This document shows positions 38,832 to 47,039 of a DNA stretch of 64,000 nt, in pieces. The stretch comes from an uncultured virus (IMG/VR IMGVR_UViG_3300033148_007826). Its lineage: Duplodnaviria; Heunggongvirae; Uroviricota; Caudoviricetes. Every line of letters begins with the position of its first letter. Position 1 is the first letter of the stretch. The stretch is taken from IMG/VR virus record IMGVR_UViG_3300033148_007826. One strand, written 5' to 3'. Both the position numbers and the translations under genes were made by a program. Under the pieces are notes generated by a model. The model was given only the letters and a program-made list of their open reading frames with translations. It did not search any database and had not been told where the DNA came from.

Positions 38832-38970
38832 AGCCGCTGGCAGGATTCGAACCTGCAATCTGTCCCTGGCTTGTGTACGTCGGGTATGGCGGGAATTGAA
38901 CCCACGGACCATCCTCCATACCCGCAATCCATTACAAGGGGACCGCTTTAACCATTGAAGCTACAACGGC
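38832..38970 (-). tRNA. tRNA-Thr(TGT) with 65-nt intron at 37/38 (38868-38932)
   Basis: BHB with CUUG/CAAG central helix and UA^A, CC^A bulges; U73. Confidence 0.9.
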
Positions 38971-39052
38971 ATATTTATTGCGGCAGAACCACCTGATGAT
39001 GATTCTGCCGCCCTGGTTTTCTCCTTTTCTATCTCGGCAATCACCTCCTGAG

Positions 39053-39126
39053 AGCCACCGAAGGGATTCGAACCCCCAGCCTACTGATTACGAGTCAGTC
39101 GCTCTATCCATTGGAGCTACAGTGGC
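39053..39126 (-). tRNA. tRNA-Thr(CGT)
   Basis: Cloverleaf, U73. Confidence 0.9.
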
Positions 39127-39135
39127 ATAAAATAG

Positions 39136-39211
39136 CGGAAGGAGCCGGATTTGAACCGACGATTGCTCGATTAACAGTCGAGTGCCTTGAACCAGACTTG
39201 GCCATCCTCCC
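39136..39211 (-). tRNA. tRNA-Asn(GTT)
   Basis: Cloverleaf, G73. Confidence 0.9.
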
Positions 39212-39236
39212 ATCTAGGATAATATGGAATGGAAAA

Positions 39237-39494
39237 TTATATGCATCTTGCGTCCCAGAATTCCTGCTGCCTTTTATTTCTCTCGATTGTAAATACAACC
39301 CCGAGAAGACCAGTCTGAGCAGTTATCAGCATCATTGTTGTAATGGCTATCGTTTCCATGTTTGTCAAGCTGAAGATGATTGTGATTGTTCCAAATACGA
39401 CCACTAATATCAAGGAGATGATTGCCATATACGCCATCTTCTCATATTTGGCTTTGAGGACAGGACATAATCTTTCTCTCTCACTCTCTTTCAT
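39237..39494 (-). CDS. Small two-TM membrane protein
   Basis: Class A promoter 39527-39547. Confidence 0.65.
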   Translation of the reverse strand: MKESERERLCPVLKAKYEKMAYMAIISLILVVVFGTITIIFSLTNMETIAITTMMLITAQTGLLGVVFTIERNKRQQEFWDARCI

Positions 39495-39627
39495 GGGAAT
39501 TCCCTTCAATCATCAAGCATTAAATCTATAAATAGATTTGTAATGAATAAGTTTTTAAACTCCCAATTCCTTTGTTCCTTCGAGTTCATTGTGACATGGG
39601 CTCGTAATCCATTGCGAGGTGGATAAT

Positions 39628-40818
39628 ATGATAGAGCAAGCAAAGCAACTACAAAAGCATATTTTAGATAGAATTGAGGAAATAGCTCTGGCCGTCAGGA
39701 AAACGAGGTTCGTCCGAACATACCCGCTCAAGCTTGGGTCGGCCCATATCGCCGAACAATTCGCCACACTCGGCGTCGCATTGACCGGAGAGCTATTGGA
39801 TTCGTACACCTTGAGCGTCCGTGACATGAAAATCGAGGTCCGAGGAAGCCGGGGCAGGAAAGATGAAAGTCACTCCTACTGGGAGGCGGAGCTGTACCGG
39901 GACGAGCGTTATACCAGCGAAAACCCCGGTGAGCTGAGTGAGTTCATGCGAGCCATCGTCCTCAATAATGAGGATGAAGTGGCTTTCTATCGTATGATGC
40001 GGTCAATCGTGCCCTCGGAAGGCCCCCCTTCGGTGTTCCACACATGGAGAAATGGATACACCGTGAAGCCTTCGAATACCTACCATCCCAAAGACGAGAA
40101 CGACAAGACTGGTGTTCTGATACAGCATCTTTCCACGCTCATCGTCGCTGCCGCTCTGCAACTTCCGAACAGCCGCCGGACTGATGAGCACAAGTCCCTG
40201 GCTAGACAGCTTCTACAATTCCTTATAACTGGCAATGTCCCGCTCAACAAGCCCGAGCGGATTGACATCTCTAAGCCGAGTTCATGGCCAAAGCCGCTCC
40301 TCGCACTCAGCGATTACGGGTCGGAGCTGGTCTGGAAGTTCGGAAGTTACTGCAAGGATTGTGGTAAGAAGCTCCGTGGGTGCTTTTGCGAGCCCACCAG
40401 TAAAGAGCCTTTCGATATGCACACCATGGTAGGGGACCGATGCTGGGAATGTACGGCGAAGTACATGAAGCATTATCTGGCACAGCAGTTCGACGACCAG
40501 TTCGATGAGAAGACCTGTGTGCGTCTTTTCGACAATCACACTGAAAACACCTGGGAGTGGATTCTTGAAGACCTTCCTCACTATGATAATGATGTCGCTC
40601 GCAGAAAGAAAGCCCTACAGAAGTGGAAGAATGAGTACGGAGCCTACTTCACCAACCCCAAGAGAAACAAGGATGGCCAATATAAGACCAAGCTGAAGCT
40701 CCCCATGGATGATAAGACACTCGCAGGATTCTGGGACATCCTTGAGAATTGCTGGGCCGAGATGGAGCCCGGTGACCCGGATGACGACTCCTGTTCCTGC
40801 CCTGCTTGGGAAGGTTAA
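39628..40818 (+). CDS. Hypothetical protein with Cys clusters
   Basis: About 396-aa plus-strand ORF; GAGGTGG RBS. Confidence 0.75.
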   Translation: MIEQAKQLQKHILDRIEEIALAVRKTRFVRTYPLKLGSAHIAEQFATLGVALTGELLDSYTLSVRDMKIEVRGSRGRKDESHSYWEAELYRDERYTSENPGELSEFMRAIVLNNEDEVAFYRMMRSIVPSEGPPSVFHTWRNGYTVKPSNTYHPKDENDKTGVLIQHLSTLIVAAALQLPNSRRTDEHKSLARQLLQFLITGNVPLNKPERIDISKPSSWPKPLLALSDYGSELVWKFGSYCKDCGKKLRGCFCEPTSKEPFDMHTMVGDRCWECTAKYMKHYLAQQFDDQFDEKTCVRLFDNHTENTWEWILEDLPHYDNDVARRKKALQKWKNEYGAYFTNPKRNKDGQYKTKLKLPMDDKTLAGFWDILENCWAEMEPGDPDDDSCSCPAWEG

Positions 40819-40819
40819 G

Positions 40820-40893
40820 TGCTTCCGCCCGGATTCGAACCGGAGTCTCCTGGTCGAGAGCCAGGTGTGATTAACCGCCTACACTACGGAAGC
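40820..40893 (-). tRNA. tRNA-Glu(CTC)
   Basis: Cloverleaf. Confidence 0.9.
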
Positions 40894-40901
40894 ATGACGT
40901 A

Positions 40902-40977
40902 CAATAGTACGTTTAGTACGTTCCGGGCAAAAAGTACGTTAGGTACGTTTCGGACGAATAGTACGTTAGGTACGTTT
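40902..40977. repeat. 27-bp unit x3, each with two GTACGTT
   Basis: GTACGTT at 40907, 40916, 40934, 40943, 40961, 40970. Confidence 0.9.
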
Positions 40978-40980
40978 TGA

Positions 40981-41051
40981 CAGCCCCACTCGGATTCGAA
41001 CCGAGATTACCAGCTCCAAAGGCTGGTGAATTGCCATTATTCGATGGGGCT
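40981..41051 (-). tRNA. tRNA-Gln(TTG)
   Basis: Cloverleaf, A1-U72. Confidence 0.9.
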
Positions 41052-41059
41052 ATCGTGAT

Positions 41060-41479
41060 TTATTTATCCAGCTTGAGTAATTTGACGAACTTCTTCCATA
41101 TTCCAGACTCGACCTCTTTTTCATCGCCGTTGCAGTACGAGCCCGTGGGGACGAGTGCGACCTCGAACATCATGCCGTCATACCATCTCTTATCGTAGAG
41201 AACTGCATGGCGGCCCTGGAGATTGCCCTTATCCAGAAGTTCCTTCAGGTCACGAAAGTCCATCCACAACCTTTGGGGGGTGCTTATACCCGCATCGAGT
41301 ATCACTTTCTTCTCTGTCTCAGAGAGGGTCTTATCGGGTTGCTTTCCTTTCAAGAACTCCACAGGCTTCTGGGGGCTGAAAAAAGTTCCTCTCTTGGTTT
41401 CTTTCAGTGTGCCTTCGATTCTCTTCAATGTCTGCTTAGACACTACCATTACGTCACATGATTTCTTGTCTGGGGTCAT
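41060..41479 (-). CDS. Hypothetical protein
   Basis: ORF between tRNAs. Confidence 0.6.
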   Translation of the reverse strand: MTPDKKSCDVMVVSKQTLKRIEGTLKETKRGTFFSPQKPVEFLKGKQPDKTLSETEKKVILDAGISTPQRLWMDFRDLKELLDKGNLQGRHAVLYDKRWYDGMMFEVALVPTGSYCNGDEKEVESGIWKKFVKLLKLDK

Positions 41480-41518
41480 ACTTAACCATATTAAGCATGA
41501 CATTGATAAATCTTTCGA

Positions 41519-41592
41519 TGGGCCTGACAGGACTCGAACCTGTACTCGCCAGTATATCAGACTGGGGCATTAACCAGTTATGCTACAAGCCC
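41519..41592 (-). tRNA. tRNA-Ile(GAT)
   Basis: Cloverleaf. Confidence 0.9.
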
Positions 41593-41593
41593 A

Positions 41594-41668
41594 TGGTAGT
41601 CCCGCCAGGATTTGAACCTGGACCAGTTGGCTCAGAACCAACGATGCTGCCAGTTACACTACGGGACT
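41594..41668 (-). tRNA. tRNA-Gln(CTG), CCA encoded
   Basis: Cloverleaf, A1-U72. Confidence 0.9.
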
Positions 41669-41966
41669 ATTTCGGTAGAAGTGCAACTTGATATGAATCG
41701 AAATAGACGACCTGGGACCGCTTCGGATTCTTGCGTTGTTCTACACGGACCCAGAACCCCCTCGCTTCAGCCATCTTCGCCAGCTTTCTTCCGACCTTGT
41801 TCCATCCCCATTTGGTAAAATAGAATCTGGCTCGGGGATTGATGTTCTTCTTCTTTGGGGGATTTAGGCCGAGGGCGGTCATCTGTTCGTTGAAGAAGTG
41901 GGCAACCTTGCCTTTCGTAGAGTTGTCGTCTGTGTATCCTTCCCGAAGGACCAGGCGGTATATCAT
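41667..41966 (-). CDS. Small basic hypothetical protein
   Basis: TATA box upstream; 99 aa. Confidence 0.6.
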   Translation of the reverse strand: MIYRLVLREGYTDDNSTKGKVAHFFNEQMTALGLNPPKKKNINPRARFYFTKWGWNKVGRKLAKMAEARGFWVRVEQRKNPKRSQVVYFDSYQVALLPK

Positions 41967-42108
41967 GATTGCTCGATGGCCTTGGAGGTTTATAAAATAT
42001 AGGAAGCCCGTCCTGGGGAGTGGACGGGATTGTATAGGCCCGTTTCGGAATATCCGAATCCTATACTACTTGGCAATACATGATTGCCTTCCAGGTTAAT
42101 ATTAATTG

Positions 42109-42258
42109 TGGTGGGAACGACGGGATTCAAACCCGTTCTTCATCGCCTTTCTCCAACTTCTTGTACCCTAATCGGGCGGCGACTATATGCTTTACACACT
42201 CACCGAATATGCTTGCGGTTGTCTCGGCTACCTCCTTGCGGAGTTACATCACGTTCCC
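42109..42258 (-). ncRNA. 150-nt expanded tRNA-like RNA, no assignable anticodon
   Basis: GGGAACG/CGTTCCC+ACCA, T-arm ACGGG-TTTGAAT-CCCGT, extra hairpins in D and anticodon regions. Confidence 0.7.
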
Positions 42259-42268
42259 ATGACATTAG

Positions 42269-42342
42269 TGGGAGCAGTGGGATTCGAACCCGCACTTTCT
42301 CGCTCTGGAGGCGAGCGTGATACCTGATTACACTATGCTCCC
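42269..42342 (-). tRNA. tRNA-Trp(CCA)
   Basis: Cloverleaf, intron-less. Confidence 0.9.
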
Positions 42343-42343
42343 A

Positions 42344-42417
42344 TGGCGGCCCGTGGGGGTGTCGAACCCCCGTCCACTCGCCGACAACGAGCGATGATTC
42401 CGTTACACCAACGAGCC
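42344..42417 (-). tRNA. tRNA-Asp(GTC), CCA encoded
   Basis: Cloverleaf, G73. Confidence 0.9.
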
Positions 42418-42420
42418 TTC

Positions 42421-42557
42421 TCATATCCAAGTCATATCCAAGTCATGACCTAAGAATGACCTAAGAATGACCTAAGAATGACCTAAGAATGACCTAAGAA
42501 TGACCTAAGAATGACCTAAGAAATCATCCATTTGATGTCCATTTGATGTCCATTTGA
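42421..42557. repeat. Three abutting 11-bp tandem arrays
   Basis: TCATATCCAAG x2, ATGACCTAAGA x7 (42445-42521), TCCATTTGATG x about 3. Confidence 0.95.
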
Positions 42558-42631
42558 CCTTACTGAGTTCAATCTGGAACAATACATATCTGACGGTCTA
42601 TAGTATTGATGGAATCGCCTGAAATTAAAGA

Positions 42632-42704
42632 TGGACCTGACCGGACTCGAACCGATAGTCTTCTGCTTGCAAAACAGGTGCATTTCCAATTATGCTACAG
42701 GCCC
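42632..42704 (-). tRNA. tRNA-Ala(TGC)
   Basis: Cloverleaf with G3-U70. Confidence 0.9.
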
Positions 42705-42734
42705 TCGTGGGGCATTACGCCCCTGGTTTGTCGG

Positions 42735-43388
42735 CTACTGGTATCGGGACATCCTCATCATCTCCCAAAGACCGTTCTCGTCCGTGTACCCGACGCTTCT
42801 TACGTCCGTTACCCGTTCCTGTAGTCATATGGGCAGGTCTTTGATGTATCTGTCCTTGGTCATGCCGGGACCGCCGACAAGCAATCCCTGACCGTCCTTG
42901 AGGCAGGCTCGGGTCTGTTCCCCCACATGGCGGAGCCATTGGAGCAACGCTCTTTCCCTATCCCTCTCGAACCTCCGCTGTGACTGTCCCCCGGCCTTGT
43001 GCTTCCGGGGAACCATGGAGGTTTCATGCCACAGGACTTGGATGTTCTCGCCGTCCGTCTGTCCTATGGTCGCTTTGTTCGCATCCACGACCACGAGCAA
43101 CGTGGCCGGGACTTCGACAGGCCGTACCACTATGAACTGATTTCCGCAGTGGTAGATTCTCCTTTTTCCCTCGTAGGGCTCGACGGTTGCCTGCGACCCG
43201 TCTGCGAACACGGCGAGGCCCTGGTCCAATAGCTCGATGTCGCCGAGGATGTGCAGGATTCTCCTGAGTCCCGCCTCGACGCTCTTTCGAGTATGCTTAG
43301 ACTTGATGTTCCGTGCCTCTGCCAGTTCTCTCTGGACGAATTGCTATGGCCGTCTACTGCCTTGGGGGAGGTATAGGCTTATTTTCAT
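42735..43388 (-). CDS. prf1: aRF1/eRF1-like peptide chain release factor (N+M domains) interrupted by in-frame TAG (codon 15) and TGA (codon 188)
   Basis: GAGGTGAG RBS; ISLYLP, NIKS, YHCGNQF and HKAGGQSQRRFER motifs; homology continues past the TGA (GYTDENGLWEM). Confidence 0.85.
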
Positions 43389-43476
43389 TGTTCTCACCTC
43401 GATGGAAATTGATTATAGGACGAAATGATGGTTGTTCGTAATTATATGCGCATAAAAATCTTTATATATTATAGGG

Positions 43477-43542
43477 TGTGGCCACAAATGTATATATAAT
43501 GGGTCGGTTGTGTGGCCACAATTCTATATTTGTGGCCACAAA
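43477..43542. promoter_or_regulatory. Three TGTGGCCACA palindromes upstream of the aRF1 TATA box
   Basis: 43477-43486, 43511-43520, 43531-43540 (last extends to 14-bp TTTGTGGCCACAAA). Confidence 0.6.
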
Positions 43543-43544
43543 TT

Positions 43545-43892
43545 CTACTCCTCTATCTTGCAACTTCCCTTCTCGTTGTCCCACTTGCCGCCGTCACGCA
43601 AGCACTCGGCTTTCTTCCAATGCTTGATGCCGATACCCATAGAGATAATGATGAGTGGAAAGGAGACACCCATGAATAGGAATTCCATCGGCCATGAAAC
43701 TGTCGGAGTGAGGAGAGTTCCTGGGGCTATGATGGATTGGATTATCAGTAAGACGACAAGCACGGTTAATGCGAATATGAAGAAGTGGATTGTATGTTTG
43801 TGGTAGAGGTATCTTCCAAACAGATACGAAATTATTGGTAGGATTATCCAATATGCTAAGACCAACTCGATTATAGCAACAGTTAGGCTCAT
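43545..43892 (-). CDS. Three-TM membrane protein with Cys-pair tail (tandem paralog 1)
   Basis: Tail CLRDGGKWDNEKGSCKIEE; class A promoter 43916-43936. Confidence 0.75.
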   Translation of the reverse strand: MSLTVAIIELVLAYWIILPIISYLFGRYLYHKHTIHFFIFALTVLVVLLIIQSIIAPGTLLTPTVSWPMEFLFMGVSFPLIIISMGIGIKHWKKAECLRDGGKWDNEKGSCKIEE

Positions 43893-43994
43893 GTGGTTAG
43901 ACATTAGGATGGGGGTATAAATATATTTGTAACCAAGAGATGGGGGTGGCCGTCTACTGCCTTGATTGGAATATATGCTTATGATGGTGGGAGG

Positions 43995-44342
43995 CTACTC
44001 CTCTATCTTGCAACTTCCCTTCTCGTTGTCCCACTTGCCCCCGTCACGGAGGCACTTGGCTTTATCTGCGTGTTTCACGCCGATTACGATGAAAGCGAAA
44101 TAGAGTATGGCCCCAACACCAAATATTAGGAGTTCTATCGGCCATGGAATTGTTGAGATGAAGGGGGCTTCGGGGTCCAAGACGGATTTGACTATCACTA
44201 ATATGACGATGAAAACTACTGTGAATATGAGGAAATGGATGGTGTAATCATGAAACAGGTATCTGCCATACAAATATGCGGCGATTGACCCGAGTATCCA
44301 GACGGCAAAGACCAACGTTATTATATCTGTAACTTGGCTCAT
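43995..44342 (-). CDS. Three-TM membrane protein with Cys-pair tail (tandem paralog 2)
   Basis: Identical tail; class A variant promoter 44366-44386. Confidence 0.75.
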   Translation of the reverse strand: MSQVTDIITLVFAVWILGSIAAYLYGRYLFHDYTIHFLIFTVVFIVILVIVKSVLDPEAPFISTIPWPIELLIFGVGAILYFAFIVIGVKHADKAKCLRDGGKWDNEKGSCKIEE

Positions 44343-44391
44343 CTGATTCGATATTGTGATTGGGATATAAATATGTTTGGAGTCAAAGATA

Positions 44392-44465
44392 TGGGCCTGC
44401 CCGGATTTGAACCGAAATCTCCGACTCCCAAAGACGGAAGGATAGCCAAGTTACCCCACAGGCCC
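44392..44465 (-). tRNA. tRNA-Pro(TGG)
   Basis: Cloverleaf. Confidence 0.9.
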
Positions 44466-44537
44466 ATAGAATTACTGTTTGTTGTAATTTCAGCAATTGG
44501 AATTACTGTTTTGAGAGATTAATAGTAATGTGTAGGA

Positions 44538-45062
44538 TTATTCGGCCCAATCCATGGAATGGGCCTTGTCTTCTTCTTTTTCTTCCTCGATAATCTGGAA
44601 CATTTCATCGGCGTCTATAGTCGGGATGCCTTCCTTTAGCCAGTCCTTATCCTCAACCTCGACAATCCGGTATTGACTGAACAGATAACAATACCCTTCA
44701 TTTATTTCGAAGTCGTGGACGAAATGAACATAGTGAGGCATATCATCCTGATAGTAGTGTGGAGCCTTGAACATGAGAAGTGATATTTCAGCCCCTTCGT
44801 ATTGTCCGGTTTCAATTACCCCCTGAATTATCGAATCTGCTTGCTGGAGGTGTTCTATCTCGCCAAGATTGATTAGACCATCTTTTCTGAACATCTTTAT
44901 GAACTTGGGCGAGTCCATGAAATATTCCAGATACGTCCCATCTGGGAAGTTATCTTGAATGATTCCGACACCAAAAGCGATTTCTTCTTTGATTCGCTGG
45001 TCTGGATGGTGAGACAATTTATCGAAATTGAACGTTTTCAATATTTCTGCTTCGTCAACCAT
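44538..45062 (-). CDS. Acidic hypothetical protein
   Basis: Class B promoter 45089-45100. Confidence 0.7.
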   Translation of the reverse strand: MVDEAEILKTFNFDKLSHHPDQRIKEEIAFGVGIIQDNFPDGTYLEYFMDSPKFIKMFRKDGLINLGEIEHLQQADSIIQGVIETGQYEGAEISLLMFKAPHYYQDDMPHYVHFVHDFEINEGYCYLFSQYRIVEVEDKDWLKEGIPTIDADEMFQIIEEEKEEDKAHSMDWAE

Positions 45063-45120
45063 GATGATACCATAGATAATGAATGACTGGGACTTTATAT
45101 GCTTTATGGGAAAAAATAGT

Positions 45121-45507
45121 TTAGGCGGCGTTCCCCTCCATGATTCTGTCCAACATCATGAAGAATAGTGCGATGAGTTCGAGCAACGCCGCCATTGGAA
45201 GTTGGTTATCCCGTGCCTCGTATCGGTACATGGTCCTTTCCTGCTTGGTCGGCTTGAAGTCCATCGGCTTCATCGGCCTGTCGAACCTGTGGACCTCGTT
45301 GTGACACGCTCTGCACAGAACCTCGATGTTCTCGGGCTCGTCGCCCCCGCCGTCCCTCGTCGGGACGATGTGGTGTCTCGTCAGGTTCGTGTGCGGTGTC
45401 TTGCAGTTCGGGTTGGAACATCCCTTCTTCATCTTCGCCTTGATTTTTGGATGCTCCCTCCATGCTCCCTTGGCTTGGCATCTTTCCCAGTAGTCTTCTG
45501 CTCCCGT
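45121..45507 (-). CDS. HNH endonuclease (possible ACG start)
   Basis: HHIVP...GG...N...LCRACHNEVH; GAGGTGA RBS precedes in-frame ACG at 45507. Confidence 0.7.
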   Translation of the reverse strand, partial: TGAEDYWERCQAKGAWREHPKIKAKMKKGCSNPNCKTPHTNLTRHHIVPTRDGGGDEPENIEVLCRACHNEVHRFDRPMKPMDFKPTKQERTMYRYEARDNQLPMAALLELIALFFMMLDRIMEGNAA

Positions 45508-45596
45508 TGTATCACCTCTGGAGATTGATTATGTATGAATACCTTTATTTATTAGATTGTTGATAGGAGTCTTATGGAATTTCTAATGTCCCCTCG

Positions 45597-45986
45597 ATGC
45601 CCGAAAGGTTAGCAAGGCGAGCTTGCGACCTTTGGGTGAGAATATTGAAGGACAAATCGTATTATCGTAAACAGTGGGCCAAACGGCAACATAATTCTCG
45701 AAAGTATATTGCTCGTAGACTTCGTGTGAGGCAGCAGTGGGGTTTGTATGATTGGACCCTGGCTTACCCCGCTCTTTATGAGAGTGGTAGCCATCACCTG
45801 ATAGAGAGGGATAATGGCTGGTGGAGGACGAGGCCAACACCTCATCGGTGGGATAAGAACAACATGGCTCAGTGTTCGTGTCTTGCGTGTTCTAGTGAGA
45901 AGTTCAAATGTAAGGGCCTTAGCAAGCGGCGAAGACTTGAACTCCTCGGACAAATAAGAATAATTTATAATGTGGTGTATGATTAA
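45597..45986 (+). CDS. Basic protein with CSCxxC motif
   Basis: PHRWDKNNMAQCSCLACS similar to 31590-31811. Confidence 0.55.
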   Translation: MPERLARRACDLWVRILKDKSYYRKQWAKRQHNSRKYIARRLRVRQQWGLYDWTLAYPALYESGSHHLIERDNGWWRTRPTPHRWDKNNMAQCSCLACSSEKFKCKGLSKRRRLELLGQIRIIYNVVYD

Positions 45987-46315
45987 ATACTGACTGGTTG
46001 AAAATCGAGCATTGAAACTCTTACATCACGACCTAGAGCCTCTGTAAGAATAATATTCAAATCAATCGAGTCGAATGTGACTTTGCGGCCCCTGACCTCT
46101 CTTGCGGGTACAACGCATAGATGGGTAGCTTTTCCCGCCGTTTCCCCAATATCTGGAGTCTTATTGAGACTTGGCTTGAAACATTTCGTGCCTGGGGCTA
46201 TTTCCGAAAGACTATTCTCTATCTTAGAGATGGACTCTTTAGTGTCCTCGTCATTCATAATTATGGGATACCTAATTTCGAACAGACTCTCGCCCGGATT
46301 AAGTGCTTTATCCAT
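45983..46315 (-). CDS. Small hypothetical protein
   Basis: Class A promoter 46339-46360. Confidence 0.65.
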   Translation of the reverse strand: MDKALNPGESLFEIRYPIIMNDEDTKESISKIENSLSEIAPGTKCFKPSLNKTPDIGETAGKATHLCVVPAREVRGRKVTFDSIDLNIILTEALGRDVRVSMLDFQPVSI

Positions 46316-46366
46316 CCAATTAGTGATTTCATAGGAATTATAAATACGTTTGTATTCAAAATTAAA

Positions 46367-46567
46367 TGGCGTGGGGAAGGAGATTTGAACTCCCGTGGCA
46401 AATTAATGCCCACCCGATTTCCAGATGGTTCTGACCAAACTCGATTCCCGTGAAACGGGAGCCGAATAGCGTTCCCGTGAACAGGAAACCTTTCCGTTCC
46501 CGTGATACGGGGGGTCCAGTCCCGAAATTCAAGTCGGGGGCGATTGACCAGGCTCCGCCATCCCCAC
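46367..46567 (-). tRNA. tRNA-Ser (probably TGA) with about 109-nt intron (46419-46527), CCA encoded
   Basis: Long variable arm, G73; only a relaxed BHB (CUUG/CUGG). Confidence 0.8.
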
Positions 46568-46577
46568 ATTTAAAATA

Positions 46578-46964
46578 TTAAAGGTTGATTTTCCGGCAGA
46601 CTTCTGATGTTCTTCCATCAGTGGTGACTGTCTCACATTTCTGAATGGAGAACTTCTCAACCTTTGCCGTCACAGTCAACGAAATGATGCTCAGGATGAC
46701 CAGGATTAAATCCAATCCCTGAACCACGGCCCAACCATGCTTGAGGCCAACCACGATGATATAGCAAATTGTGAGGACTATGAATACTGCCAGGACCAGC
46801 GTGATAATCAGGCCGATATACGCTGAGGCAAAGCTTCCGGTGTAATAGCCAATGACCATAGTGAGTATGAGCGTTATAGTGATTCCGAGCAGAAGTAGCC
46901 CTAAGAACCAAGTGATGTCCAGCGCACCGATGTTCGGGTAGTCGAATATCCAGAGAGGCTCCAT
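46578..46964 (-). CDS. Three-TM membrane protein with Cys-pair tail
   Basis: Class A promoter 46993-47012. Confidence 0.7.
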   Translation of the reverse strand: MEPLWIFDYPNIGALDITWFLGLLLLGITITLILTMVIGYYTGSFASAYIGLIITLVLAVFIVLTICYIIVVGLKHGWAVVQGLDLILVILSIISLTVTAKVEKFSIQKCETVTTDGRTSEVCRKINL

Positions 46965-47039
46965 GGTATCAGTAGGTCTATCCTGTCGGCCCTATATATA
47001 GGTTTGTAACCAGTTTAGCAAGGACACTTGCCGTATCCG

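Noticed and set aside
38980..39011. GCGGCAGAA/TTCTGCCGC hairpin as a separate ncRNA
   Set aside because: Single hairpin between tRNAs with no further support
42007..42067. Two hairpins downstream of the tRNA-like RNA
   Set aside because: Plausible terminator/stability elements, but insufficient evidence for a distinct RNA
42109..42258. tmRNA
   Set aside because: No G3-U70 pair, too short, no tag reading frame evident
42735..43388. Genome-wide stop-codon reassignment (Pyl, Sec or alternative code) as the cause of the aRF1 stops
   Set aside because: Many long genes end normally at TAG or TGA with coupled downstream starts, and no CTA or TCA anticodon tRNA was found in the window
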